From Lingula anatina (Eukaryota; Animalia; Brachiopoda), in the NCBI GenBank assembly GCA_051362555.1, contig CM120640.1:51934788-51998787 (forward strand): 64,000 nucleotides of DNA, in the 5' to 3' direction. The position numbers were made by a program, and so were the translations under genes. Position 1 is the first letter of the stretch. Every line of letters begins with the position of its first letter. The notes beneath the pieces are model-generated. The model had not been told where the DNA came from. It searched no databases and worked only from the letters and a program-made list of their open reading frames with translations. This document shows, piece by piece, positions 1 through 14,600 of this stretch.

Positions 1-10
1 AATCGATCAC
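1..10 (-). CDS. Possible start of the next TTF2 exon (V-I-D...), running off the window edge
   Basis: Minus-strand polypyrimidine acceptor ttcattcacttcatcttcAG|GTGATCGATT at 12-11. Phase 0 fits the preceding STK exon, but only 10 nt are visible. Confidence 0.35.
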
Positions 11-3000
11 CTGAAGATGAAGTGAATGAACAATTGAGTTATTCAAATATTTTCCTGCATTAAGTGGACAGGTTGTTCTTTGCATTCCTGTTTCTAAAAT
101 TCAATACTAGTATTCAAACACTTTGAATTACTCTGATGCATTGAAAAGCATTTCAAGTGAGAGGAAACACTGCTTTACTTTGTCCAGGAAGTCATCCCAT
201 TCACTTACATATCAAGCCTACCATCCATCAAATCCCACCATTTTCTTTTGTAATAATAAAGTTAAAATAATAATAATGATAATAGTATATAAAATTAAAG
301 AAAAAAAAAGATTATCCTAAAATTGCTGTCCTTATAGTCTTCCCCCTTAACCAATTACCTTATAGTATGTGTCAGCAAATTCATGCAAAATTATCTTTGA
401 ACACCAGACATTACATCAAATACAACTTATAATAGCATCTGAGTCATTTGAGCTCTCACAACTAATGGAACATAGAAAATATTTAAGTGCAATGTCTACT
501 ATGGGGCCCTAGCAGGCAATACAAACCCTTCAAATTTCACAAAAGGACTTCCCCTTAAATGAGCACTCATCATGTCATCAGTCCAAATATCACAGAGGTA
601 TTAGGTATATAAAAGCACAAAATGTCATTTTTCCCCAGGAAAAAAATATATCTGTGGCCCAAAATGAACAGAGCAGGAATACTATTTCTAATGTTGGAAA
701 TTATGAAGTTGTATTCAATGACAATGTTTTTCAATCATGATTGTACCCTTTCCTTTTCCTCTTTTTTTTTTTTTTTTTTACAAAATGCATATGTATTCAC
801 TCATCTATGCACTGTACAGTACATCATCTAACATAATTGTTGATAGCTGGAGTCAAAAGCTCTGATATGTTGTAAGCTGGAGAACTATTGCTGCCACATC
901 AAGGCTAGGGTTACCAAAGAATCAAGTGTGTCGTGACAAAAAAATGACACTGACTGGGGATAGGTAAAAGCACATGTAATTTTTACCCCATTTTTCAAAA
1001 CTGGCATAAAAAAAAAAAAAGAAAAAAGGTCAAACGTGTTCTTTGCCATAAAAATCTACTAAAATGAGGTCTTATGTCTCTTCTGAAAGATCCCTCTAAT
1101 AAAATTTTACTACAACTGCAGCTGTAAAACTTTTGTCTAATATATGAAAATGATGATAAATGGTTATACATCTCACAAACTTCTTTTCATGGCACATTAG
1201 GTTGATCACATAGTATGTCAATAGCTATAGTTATATGCATTGCAAATAACATGGTTACTGGCGTCTTTATGAGCTGCTTCTGTCCAAATGGGAAACAATT
1301 GTATCAACTGAACTGCTAATGTTTGAAGAAATGATAAATGATGGCATGTGAATCAGATTTTTTCTGATTATGAAATCAATACATGTGCATTCTTGTTCAA
1401 TTTTGCATCCACTACTACTCCGAATTCAATCTAAGCTCAAATGAGATATCCAATATCATACAGATATTTCCGTTTCCCATTGCCTATTTTTATGAGCAAT
1501 TCCTTTTCACAATTTTTCATTGAAAATGTGCAAAAAACAAAATGTATAAAGGTAATAATACAGTGATGGATAGTTGAAAGTCAAGATCAGGTAAATTCCT
1601 TTACCATTGTTTTGTATTGAAAATAAGGCTGCAGATGTGTTACTACAATTGAAAATGTTGACAAACTGACTTACTTAATCATATGTTTACTGTCATTTAC
1701 TAAATTGCAGAGGTTTTGCGACCCATAAATCCTCTTTATCCAACAACAACTGATTAAATTGCTGATAAAAATTACAGTGTACTTTATATGGGATTTTTAC
1801 CATCGTGCACAAAGCACATCTATAGCAAAATTTTATGTCTCAGAATCATCCTAAGGCTCCTAAATAATAATCCCGTCTTTGAATTCTTCAGCTCAAATCA
1901 CTGCCGTTTGCTTTTCTCATTGCCAGGACATCCATTGCTTTTTAGAGACAATAATAAATGTGCAAATAATAATAAAAATGAACGTAGTTTTTAAGAAACT
2001 TTGATCTGACTAAAGCTCTTTTTTCTTGTGTTCCATCACTAAAGTTTCTATGACTACATTGTTTTCATTTTGGCACTTTCATCAATAATCAAGGTGGACA
2101 CAGTGGTCCATGAACTTCCTCCAAGTCACACCAAATCTAAATCTGTGTAATCATGGAATTTTGAATATGGTGTTCACAAACTTAATTAAAGATCCCATGA
2201 TAGGATTATGTTCAAAAAGTGGCCCCAGCTCAACGCTTTCTCAAGTTAAAAATATTTCAAATTCTTCCTAAGATGACATCTGTCACCTGTAAAAATTAAT
2301 CACAGGCTTCTGTGTTCCAAGTAAAGTCCTTCTGACTCATCCTTTTCTAAACTTATAGCTTTATAACTTTATGACATAAAGACAAAGGATGGAGTTTTGA
2401 AAAAAAAAAAAAAAAAAAAAATGGACACACAACAGACCCATGTAGGGAGCTAAAAAATGAAGATGTGTGTGAAACAACTATCTGAACTTGCTGTACATAG
2501 ACTGTGGACAGAAAATGACACCTCACAAGGTCAACTGATAATCAAATTTGAAACTCAGATAATAATCTCATTTTATGTGCTCCACTGTTTTAGAAAATTT
2601 AAACCGATTATGACAGACTTAATTGCATTCATAATGCTTCTGTTTGCATCTATCTTTCAATACTTCACAGATACGTTTCCCTTTGAGGCTTCATAAACCT
2701 GAAAACCTCAAGAACAATTTGAATACTTAACTCAATCACTAAGTGAACCTAGATATTCTAGATGTTCAATTGTTTCCACCGAGACTGATCAAAGTGTCAA
2801 TGAAGTGTAACCATAAGCAATGAAATTAAGGCCAGCTTTTACAAGAATAATGTACTGTATGTTGGCGTGCAATATTGCATTATATCTTATATATGTGCAG
2901 GGGGATCAGATGTTTGAAGTGGACTCCTGGTGATGCTTTTTGGTTTAATGTGTTTTGATTTTTCCTACAAAGGTCTTGCATTACATCCAGAGTTTTCCCT

Positions 3001-4783
3001 CTGGTCTGAAAGCTTACATGAGTTAGACAATTATCCCAGCTTTCATGTAGTAACAAGAATACAGATAATCTGTTAAGATTGGCGGTCTTCAGGTTATCTT
3101 AAGTTGGGGGTTGACTGGTGCTTTGTCTGACGTTTTTTGACAACCATCAACCAGGGGTCAAAATGTTATTTTCCCAGCTTCAGATATTTCAAGAGCACTT
3201 TCAAACTTCAGTTTCATGTAAATTCACCACTGAAAGGATGTTAAATCATACTTTTATGAACGATTAAACCTTCAAGAGTTTACGGGTTTGAAATAATAAA
3301 CCTTTTATCTGAGAATAATTCACTTTAGGGCACACTTTTTTAAAACAATTTTGGCCAATTTGGGGTTACATTCTTGGTAATACATTCTTGATATACGTAA
3401 TAGTTTACAAAGTACACTGACAGGTATAGGGAAAAAATTATTGGTTTTGTTGGACAGTTTGGATTCAAATAGAGACAGGCAAAATTTTTCACTTTTCTGT
3501 TGAAAATCATTTTAAATCATTTTAATAAATTGCACCCACCTCATTCTCTTCTTTATGGCATAGAATATTCTAGCCTTTAGAATTAAGGGCCTAATATTTC
3601 TGTCCTTTTACTTCTGAAAATTTAGAGTTTTTTTTTAATACACTACCTTCCCCCTCTCTTATCAATAAAAAATTGCCCTACTAGTAAGGAAAAAGCCTCC
3701 CCTCCTGAATCTTCAAAGTCAGATTAATCATTGTATGCACTAGAAATATGTTGAATTGTTATATTATTCCATGGTGCCATCATAATTTACATGCTCAGTA
3801 ACTAGTAGTCTGCCTTAAATTCATGATTCCAACATCAAAAATATCTCATTACCTGTCTTCTCACATATTACCAGTAAAATTCATTGTTTTAACATAAAAT
3901 AATCACATTACATGTCGGGCCATAGATTTCCAGTAATTCACTACTTCATAACAGTAAACATACATTTCTTAAGTTCACATTGTATCTTTCCTTGATAATA
4001 ACATCAATCTATTTTAAAATCAGAGAATTGATTTTTTTATGCTTTTTAATCTGGGAAATCTATTTTCTTTCAGGGAAACTTCAAAGTAATATTCAAATCG
4101 CTTTACCAGCAGGGAAAGTAAGATTTTCTGAACATTTTGACCCCTGTCAACCCTCATACTGTGCAGTGTTACATAACGGTATTTCGGTGAGAGATTTGCA
4201 CTGGTTCACTGTGCCGGGACAGTGTTCAAATGGCATTCATGTAGCTTTTTACTGTCTGAATCCCATACATCAAAGGGAAACTCTTTTGACTACACAAGGC
4301 AGTTCATGCTGTCAAATGGACAGACGTACACACATCAAAACTGCTTCAACAACAGCAAAACAGGATGAGGGTTAATATCCACACAACACATACTGATGCT
4401 TAGAAAATGCCAATTTGTATACAAGCAAAATTTCGCAAAAATGAGCACAACTATCCAATCCAGCTAGGTGCTAAACTGAGGGAATTTCCTATTGTCATAC
4501 ATTTTGAAGAAAATAAGGAGCGTAGTACCTACTCACCCGGTTAATGAAGAAACTGCAATCAAATATTTCAATATTTCAAATGTTTTACTGAAATTGTGGA
4601 TTGTCAGCAAATGTGAAAAATGCTTAGCTTAATAACCATGGGGATGTAAACTCACACCTAGAGAATGGAAATATGTGAATAAGAAAAAATATAATAGAAA
4701 AATTATCCAATCTTACTGGCTTTCAAAAATAATTAGTATTTCTGTGCTATTAATCATTCCAGTTAGTATGAGGATAATAAGTA

Positions 4784-4964
4784 TCTATATAGTAATAGGC
4801 TCCTTTTCATGTTTTCTCCCAAACTACAATGATCTGTTGACAACTGGCGGGTATTAGTAATACCTTTTGGTAGTGGGAAGATAGTGGTCATGGTGTGAAT
4901 TTGATTATAACTGTTAAAAGTATATTTTGAAGGCATTTTCTAGCCTTCGAGAAAGCTTCACTAT
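4784..4964 (+). mobile_element. Short non-autonomous Helitron-like repeat
   Basis: A|TCTATATAGTAATAGG 5' end and 3' hairpin AGCCTTCGAGAAAGCT followed by a CTAT (CTAG-like) end. Second copy at 44516-44660. Confidence 0.5.
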
Positions 4965-5004
4965 GTGTGCCAGGAATCATGTATTGTCAATAACACTACA
5001 TCAG

Positions 5005-5090
5005 ATGGCAGAATTGCTGGTAGAGTGGTAACATCCTTGGCTGCCAAACACAGGGGAGTTGGTTTGATTCCCACTCAGTCATGTTTTTTT
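5005..5090 (+). repeat. tRNA-derived SINE head or decayed tRNA-like sequence
   Basis: A-box-like TGGTAGAGTGGT, B-box-like GGTTTGATTCC, followed by a T-run. No clean cloverleaf. Confidence 0.35.
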
Positions 5091-5630
5091 CCTTTATTTT
5101 TAATTCTTATTATTATAATAATCTCTTATCATGGTTCAATGATTAATGTGACAGGTATCAGTTAGAAGTAAATTAATATGTCCTCTAATTGGAGTTAATT
5201 CACAGGCACTGGACCTAGCATTTAACAAACCATTTCCAGATGAAAAAAAAGACAATTGTAAGACAATTTCAGGAAAATGAAATGATGGGACATATCTGCC
5301 CTGCTATACTAGGGCAAGAAGTAATGATTACCCTGCCTGTCTAGGTCTTGAATGTTAAATTTCAACCTGAAGTGATATTTAAATTTATCCAGTACTTTTA
5401 TTCTGTCAGTATCTTAATCATGTTTGTAACCTGTCTAATTCAACATCCAATTATTTATACTGTTGTTTTTAGTTAAAGGTTTTATTTTGGGCCAACATCT
5501 TACATATTACATGTCAACAGTGCTGACATGAACATGTGTTAATTTCTTATTATCATTAACAAAGCCTCCTGTATCAAACAGTTACATAAAGTGGTTAAAG
5601 CTATGATCAATACAGATTTGTGAAACATAC

Positions 5631-8600
5631 CTTTGTACTCAGGGAGGAAGTTTCAAAGACTTCCGAGGATTTACTGACATCAGGTTCTTTGGTCTTTTCA
5701 TCAACCAATGCCATAGCTTGCATCTGCTGTTCTAGGGTAAGTTCTATTCCTTCAGATGCTGCATCTTCTTGGTCTACAACCTGCAGAGGTGGGGCAAGTA
5801 TGAGATGCAAACACTCCATCTTAGATCAAAAGAACACATTTACGGCAAGATCCTTTAAAAGTATACCAATGTAATCAGGGCAATAAATTTGAATCTGAAA
5901 CTAACTTGAAACTAACAATATCATGGAAGAGGAAAACAGTTCACCCCATCTGAATATTAACAAAGACCTAAACCCATCATCTTAGCATTATTCAGATATA
6001 ATCTATCCAACTATGAATTAAATTATGATTCAATTTCTCACATTTTTCAGTAGACTTAGATGGCTACAGCACTGCCTTAGTCTGAGAAGCAGTAAGAGCA
6101 TCTGCCCTGCCCCTGGGGGTTTGCTGTCCACTGTACCGCCACCACCAGGACTACTTTTACTCCCAACAACTGCATGACCAGTCTTGGACATTCTCTGTTC
6201 ACCACCCCAAATGGACTCCTTTTCTTCCTGCCTCTGAAGGTACTTGATCAAAGTGGCCCTGGGAAAGGAAAACAATTAAATCTAAAATAATGTCCACCTA
6301 GATGGCCATGTGTGTAAAATTAATTTTTTAATGCATTTTAGCACAATAAGTATGCCCCACATTTGAATTAATTTTCATTCCCAACAGCCACATGAGAAGA
6401 ACAGAAATTCCAAGTTGCCATAAACCACATTTCATTGAATTCTGAAGGAGAAATGAAAATCGGCCATAACACCTTGCATTGTTTATGATAAAAGTTAATA
6501 GTCCCCAAGTAAAAGTCTCATCTCTCACACTTACCTGGATTCAGCAAAAACTTTGTCATACACAGTTCTTTCTTCTTTGCTGAGATTAAGCTCATGAGTG
6601 AAGGACATCTTATCAGGCAGTGACACCTGAAAGTGACACCTTCAAAGTCACCAAAATCTAAGAAAGATTTAATATATTTAAATATTTTCTATGAATAGTT
6701 CCTCCTTTTTTTTTCTCCTTGTCAAAAGATTAACTCATTAGTTTACAGACCTTATAAGAGATATGACAATATACTACAGTAAAACTGGTGTCTATCTTTA
6801 CCAAAGGTTTCCCCTCTTTGCCAGTCTGCCCCTTGGTCCTCCTTAGCAGCAAACTTTTCACCAGAGTATTCAGTCTCTTTGTACCATGGGCTGGAAAAAA
6901 GTAACAGAATTACAAACACATTAAAATGGTATAAAATAAAATTCTTTTTATCAATCGAGCAGTTTTGAAAAACCAGAAAAGGAAGTTAAAAAAAATCTTT
7001 GTCTAAAACTGAAAATATACTTTACCAGTCTTGTTGTCTGCCACCTGCCTCTTCCATACTTTCAGTTCATCAAATGGAGAGCATCTTAGAAACCTAAGAA
7101 ATTAAATTTACTTCATTAGGGAATGTGTTCATTGTTATTGTCTCAAAATAAAACTATTCCTAGATGAAAAAAAAAATTAATTGTTTAGTGCTAATAAGTC
7201 ACATCTTGATCAACAATTTATGCGATCCACAAAAACTTAAGTCCATGTATAAAAAGTGTAGAAAAGATAGCTACCAACCGCATTTCAATTCTCTAATTCC
7301 ATTTTTTTTTCAACAAACAACACTCTACACTACCTGATCAAGGAATACATATCAAGCAGGTCATTCTGAATGGGAGTTCCTGTGAGAGCCCACCGTGACC
7401 CCGCCCGCAGTCTGCAGACAGACATTGCTGTCAAACTCTTATGATTCTTGATGTTGTGCCCCTCATCTAATATGAGCCTTTCCCAGCCTATACGTAGCAG
7501 ATTAGATTGTTTAGTGGGATCTTCAATCTGGGATTGTTAAAATACGTAAATGTTGAAAGATTAAAAAAAAAATTTATTGAGAACATAATGATAACAACTG
7601 GACTTATTGATAATCTACATTTCCAATGGCCATCAAGCAAACACTGGAATCCCCCCCCCCCCTCGTAAACATGGGAATTTGATATGCATACCAATACCTA
7701 AATTTGCTCATTCAGCAATGATTAAAACCCTTGAAGGTGCTTATTTATCAATCCACCACAATGGATGCCACAGTTAAAAAAAATCTTAGAACAAGAATCT
7801 GTTAAGCATCAGGGACTGTTTTCCATTGTAGATGAAATACAACAACACATGATCTCAACCCCATGAGGTCTGTAACAATTAGTTAACCAGAGGCCATCAA
7901 TTTAGATTTAGACGCCTGTTTCTAATTTAAGCAAAGATAATGAGAACTGCTCTACCTAGCAGCATGAGCCAGTTACCTTATCATCCACCACAGCACTTTC
8001 TTGGGCTGCTTTATCATTCTTCATGTCCTCAGGGATCCCCACTTCCCTGCTTACTATGCTGTAGGTGGTCAGCACAATGTCTGCCTTGGCCAGCCTGAAG
8101 GTAAACTGAGCTTTGGAACACTACTATTTCTGCATTTCATCATTGGCTTGTTTGCCATATACCCATTAATGGATAATAATAAAAAAACCCTCATAATAAC
8201 GGCATACAATAAAATACCCATCTATTTGTCTTGAGTTACCCTTTTTCGCAATACAATCATTTAAAAGATACAGGTATGATTTTAAAACACTTTTAATATT
8301 TAATTCAATAGAAATATATATAAGATGAACTAGCCACATTTTTCCCATTTACCTATTGGCATATATGCCATAGGCCCAATAATGTATAACAAGGCAGCAA
8401 AGCTGTCAAATGTACAGACAAAGAACAGAAAATAAAGATGCAAATAAGTGAAAAATTAAATTTTCACAAAAAACTGTTAAATTGCCAGAAAAATTTACCA
8501 AACAGACTGCGTTGCCTATTGAAGCTGTATTTTAGTGCCATGTTTCTTTCCTATAAGTTTGAGAACAGTAAGTGACATGATTTCCCTTAAATGGTCATCA

Positions 8601-11600
8601 TAGGAGCAGTGCCCAAAATAGGGGTTTCTTCAAATTTTGATACAACATTAAATAATGTTTAACAGCATAATGACAATCAAATGTTATTAATAAAATATAA
8701 GTAACATGGACATTCAGAAAATGTGACAAGCAAAAGTCTTCAAGATCACGGAACTTTAAAGTCACACCTTGAAAATGCCAATATGTGAAAAATTAAATTT
8801 TCACAAAAAAACTGTTTAACTGCAAAAAAAAAAAAAAAAAAAAAAAAAAACCAAACAGACTGCATTGCCTACTGAAGCTGTATTTTAGTCCCATGTTTCT
8901 TTCCTGTAAGTTTGAGAACAGTAAGTGACATGATTTTCCTTAAATGGTCATCATGGAAGCAGTGCCCAAATTAGGGGTTTCTTCAAATTTTGATGCAATA
9001 TTACATAATGTTTAACAGCTTAATGACCATCAATTTTTAATTATAAAATATTTGTATCACAGATATTCAGAAAATGTGACTAGCAAAGGTCTTCAGGCCC
9101 ATGGAACTTCAAAGTCACGCCTTGAAAATGCCAAAATGTAAACAAGACAGCACTGTTCTGAAATGGGTTTATTTCCATTTTTAACACTTTTTTAACATAA
9201 AACAAAATAAACATTTTACTGCCATTTTTATATGACCAACTAAAAAAATTGATGAGATGGGAAAAGTATCAATAGAACAGTGTTAAATGTCCAATTTCCT
9301 CCATTCTGAGATTCTGAACATAGTGGATGATTGAATCTGACAAACTGCAATGATATGAGTTTATTTCCATTTTTGACACTTTATTACACAATACATGATA
9401 ACAAGTTTACCATGTTTTTTACATAATCAACTAACAATGTTGTAAAGATGCAGGAAATATCAAACAAACACTTTTAGGCATCTTATTAGTTAAATAATGA
9501 GACTGTTAACATGCTTAAGAATTGAATCTGAGGAAATGTGAAAAAAACAGTATAACTTCTAAAATAATGGCCCGATTATGCTGATTTTCGAACTCAACCT
9601 GCGTTTTAGTAAGATTGACCACTCCTGTGAGTATAATTACAATTGGCCAATCCGTTTTTCTTATATTGTGTTATCAGTGTTGCATTTATATTGAAAATAG
9701 TGAAAAAACAGCATAAATTCCCTCAAAATAGCCCAATCATGCTGATTTTCAAACTTGACCTGCGTATTATGAATATTCATCAGTTCTGTAAGTTTCAAGT
9801 CCAAAGGTAAAATGGTTTTCCACTTATCGTGTTATCGGTGCTGCATATATGCTGAAAAAAGTGAAAAAACAGCATAAATTACCTAAAAGTGACCCGATCA
9901 TGCTGATTTTCGAACTTGACCTGCGTATTATGAATATTCATCAGTTCTGTAAGTTTCAAGTCAAAAGGTAAAATGGTTTTCCACTTATCGTGTTATCGGT
10001 GCTGCATATATGCTGAAAAAAGTGAAAAAACAGCATAAATTCCCTAAAAGTGACCCGATCATGCTGATTTTCGAACTTGACCTGCGTATTATGAATATTC
10101 ATCAGTTCTGTAAGTTTCAAGTCAAAAGGTAAAATGGTTTTCCACTTATCGTGTTATCGGTGCTGCATATATGCTGAAAAAAGTGAAAAAACAGCATAAA
10201 TTCCCTAAAAGTGACCCGATCATGCTGATTTTCGAACTTGACCTGCGTATTATGAATATTCATCAGTTCTGTAAGTTTCAAGTCAAAAGGTAAAATGGTT
10301 TTCCACTTATCGTGTTATCGGTAAAAGTGCACGGCGACGGCGACGGCGACGACAGACGCAGATGATGGCTATATGTACAGACACATCTGTGTCTGTACAT
10401 AATAAAAGGAAAAAAATTGCAGCCGAGTTTTCATTTTTTCAATAAAAATATTTGAAAGACAATGGAGTGAATGTAAAAAGCTATAAAATCAGTTTCAGAA
10501 AAAATATCCCCAAGTGGTTTCATTGGTTTTAATAGAAACATTGAGCAGTCCTCACCTGATCACACTGGCTTCTCTATTGGGACCATGATATAGGATCACA
10601 TTCAAAAGTCCAGGCCTGCAGCGGTTTTCAATCTCTCTGTGCCACTGGTGGACCAGGGAAGCAGGGCATACAATGAGTGTAGCATGGCTCTTGATGATAG
10701 ATGAACTCACTAGAAGTGAAGATTTATTCTTTAATGACATTGATACTTGTTTTATTGCTTCAAATGTTTTATCGCTAGGGGAAAGGGTGATTCATAATTT
10801 AACAGAAATTTGCCAATTCTCTTTTTTTCTGGGTAATTTGGATATAATAAAATTAGATCTTCACATTTTTCCTTTTGCTTGTCCTTGCTGAGCCACTCAG
10901 ATTTTTCCTCATCAGTTCCAGTCACACGACTCTGATTCTGTTTTAGCACAAGGGATATCATAGTCAAAGTCTTGCCCAGACCCATATCATCAGCTGAAAC
11001 AAAAACACAATACCAAACTGTTACCGGAAAGATACCACATTATTGCCACTTTTACCAAGGAGTTATAACAGAAGGAGATTACACGCGTGGGGGCGGAGCC
11101 CGTATTACGGTCTCTCATTGGTCGGAATGAATAGAACCCAGAGAACAATGGATGCCTATCTCTGTTACGCTTAATTGTTGCTCTCGTTTAAATCTCGTTT
11201 GTTAGTATCTGTGCCTTCGTCTGTTGATTTTTGAGGACAGAAACAGAAACGGAGTCCCAAGTTTCTAAAAAATGAGAGAAATGCAGAATTTATATGATAT
11301 TACGTTGGACAAGGTTTTCAAAAAACAGGTAAGTGGTTTTAAATGCATAACTACACGAAATATGAAGATAAATTGCAACTTTTATGTCGTAGGGTCTCAC
11401 TGTGTAAGTGTCCAGCTACACGTTGATCTCGCGAGGTGGTGTGTGGAGAATAAATATTGCACGAAAAATATTTCCCACTCATAACAAGTGCCTATAAATA
11501 TAGTATCAGATGAAGAAAGTTTGGTCTTTATACAGCTGCAATTGTTAAGTAATTTGTGGCAATAGCAAAGAATAAAACTTAGGTGCACTTTCAGTAGCCG

Positions 11601-14600
11601 AATAACAAGCAGATGCTTAAGCCGCCATCTTGTTAATATTTCGAAAAAAAATTACTCCAAAAGACATTTTCCTCCTACTTTTTTAAACTTGTGTCACATG
11701 ACAGTCATAAAATTTAACTAATTGTTATGTGTGCAACACACTTGCTTGAGCAGTATTGTTTTTTTATGCGATTTTACATGTGGTCTAGCTTGGATACGAC
11801 AATTGACAATTTTCATGAGTTCCGATCAAAAAGTGTTACGCTTGTTACGGCCAAAAGCCTTACCGCTTTTTGTACTTTTCAAATGCAAGATTATAAAAAA
11901 ATTTGGTGTGTTTAGATTCTTGAACATCTTGGTCGTGGCGTGGTATATATTGCATGGATACTGCTCCAATATTTCTTGAAAAAAAATAACCTGATTTGTT
12001 CAGAATACCAATTTTTTACTCTAGTGTTATGGGTAAATGTACCATTTTGGCCTTTACCTTTTTCATGTTTAAATCTAAAAAGACTTATCATGACAGTTGG
12101 TCATCATTTTTCTTCTCACCATGGTGGGTGGCTTTGGAGTGGTAACTTTGTTGTTAAAGTAAAGTGCTCAGTTTTTTTGACTGGAAAATTTTGCCTCCAC
12201 CCAGCATTTTCCATCATGGCGGTCTAACAGGAAGTTTGACTTCACAGTGTCTTTGGTATAGTTATTTTTAACTTATTTAGTCTTCTTTTTACATATATAT
12301 GTTTTAATTCATATTAAACCTTTGAAAAAAGAACACACATGAATCCTGGTGCTTCTTAATTTAAAGTCTTAAGGTTTTAAGTTCACCTAGGCTCCACCAA
12401 TTACTTAACCTGTTATCTCACTACACATCTCTCTTTGAGTCAAGGTGTGTAAGACACACCTTATTGTGTAAGACACCTCTATAATTAAGGGGTACTTGCT
12501 TTTCTACTTAAATTATACTTCACTACTTTGGCATGTTAGGTGGCAAGCTTGGATGTTTCAGTTCATTTTAAGAAAGAAGCTTTGCCTTGGTGGTTACAAA
12601 AGAATAGAACTCTATTAAGGTTTATTCATTACTTGAAATTAAATATTTCATCTTGTAGTGTTGAAACAGAAATTCTCTCAAAATTGATAATGAATTTGAC
12701 ATGCATATCTTAACACTACTCAAGTTTTTTTTCTATTATAGATGTGGGAGAAAGCTGCATTGAATATATGAATTATGGTCAGGCTGGAAAAAATTAAAAT
12801 ATGTCAATGAAAAAAGGAGGTCAGTGTGTCTGGGGTAAGTTACTTTTGTCAGAATGCCTAAGATGCATTAAACATTCACTAACAACAGTACCCTTTTTAA
12901 TTTTTTTTTCAAAATACAACAACCTTGGGCATTTTCCTTTTAGCAACCAGCCTCTCTGAAATCCCCTTTTTGTCCTGTCAGAAGAGTAGGAACCAGGGCG
13001 GATTTAAATAATTTCTTGTAATAAGTACAATTTCTTTCAATTTCTTGGGGTTATTAGCTTGTGATCATGAATCTTGATGTTCTATATAAATTTAGTTGTA
13101 AATTGTTCATTTACAGTATGTGGTGAACATTATTTCAGTCAAGTCATAACAAGACACATTAAACTTCACTGCGTAATTCCATAATGTCTACATGGATACT
13201 AGTAGTTCATAATGCTATTATTATGTTTTTTTTTCTAACCTACAGGTTTCTCTCTTTTCTGAGTGGCATGGCATTAGCAAGGCAGAAGAAAAGGCCCTGA
13301 AGAAATTCTCACTTGAGTTGTCCTTTTTGGAGAAGAAACTGGATAAGACTGGCCAACAGAGATTGCATTAAATTAATAGTGCTCCTTTATGACATTTTAA
13401 AATATTTTCAGTCACCTAACTGACTCTATACATTGCAAAAGTGGACATAAATTTTATGTTACTGTTACGTGGAAAAAAATTCAAAACCTATATATAAATT
13501 GTTGAGTGCCATGGTATAACAGTCTACCTGATTGCCAGTGAAATTTCTGTTTCTGTGAAATTTCCTTAAAGCAGTCACTTACTGCTTACTTACCAGTTAA
13601 TTTTTTCAGCTGTTACATTTTATAAATGTTCTTACTAAGTGTTGTCTTGATCTATAATAACCTTTTGAAAATCCCATGTTTTTTATCCTATTTGTAAGAA
13701 TTAACCACTTTATCTTCTAGGATTTTTTTTTCATTCGGCCCATTAGATTCTCAGACCTTGCTGGCCTGTAAGTGGAATAGTATCTGGCACAGACTGGTAT
13801 CAGCAAGTCAGATAAAAAAGAATATAATTATTTCTATTTGCACGGTTGAAAAAAATGCCATCATAGACTGCATAAAACTGGAAAACTGTAGCAACTTAAT
13901 CATTCTTATGACTTCATTTATTACTGCTTATGTGTAAAATTTTTGTTTTTGTTCTTCTATTGATATAATACAATGGTTTTACTCACAGATGCTACTTTCA
14001 TGAGTATAGAGTATAGAGTGCTTGAGTATAGAGTTGACTTAAAAGATATTTTAAGTTAATATAGTAAATAATAGTTTGAAATTCAATATTCTCATCTTTA
14101 TTTGTTTCACTTTAAAGAGCTCAGTGAATACTAAAATTTCTGATATGTTTTGTACATAAATATATTTATGAATGAATAAAAATTATTCTTAATGTATAGC
14201 ACTGTGCACTTGTTTACCGACAAATATGAACAGTGTTAGTACGTGTCAAATAATCCTGAAAAAAAGGGAAATTTCCAAGATAAAGAAATTTATAACGAGT
14301 ATTCATTAAACTGACGTGTCGTGGCATTGCCTCAACCTTGGATTAAAATTTTAATTAAATGCATTATAATATTAAAATTATACCGAGTGAGAGAAAAAAT
14401 ACTTTAAGAAATTTAAAACCAGACACAAAGCGTAGGCACTGTCACAATGTATATGTTTATGGGACCTAAGGGCAAGAGGGTCCAAACGTTAATGTATTAA
14501 TATTATGTCCTTTGGCAGTGAGGACAGACGTTCACTTGAATGTCATTTTCACAAACCACAGTTGGGACGTTTTCTTTTGACTTCTCCTTGGTGATTTTTC

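Noticed and set aside
5005-5090. Functional tRNA gene
   Set aside because: Acceptor and anticodon stems do not pair well. Treated as SINE-like.
9740-10290. Hammerhead ribozyme core (CTGATGA...GAAA on the minus strand) in the 161-bp repeats
   Set aside because: Stem II cannot form directly after CUGAUGA, and no stems I/III with an NUH site are evident.
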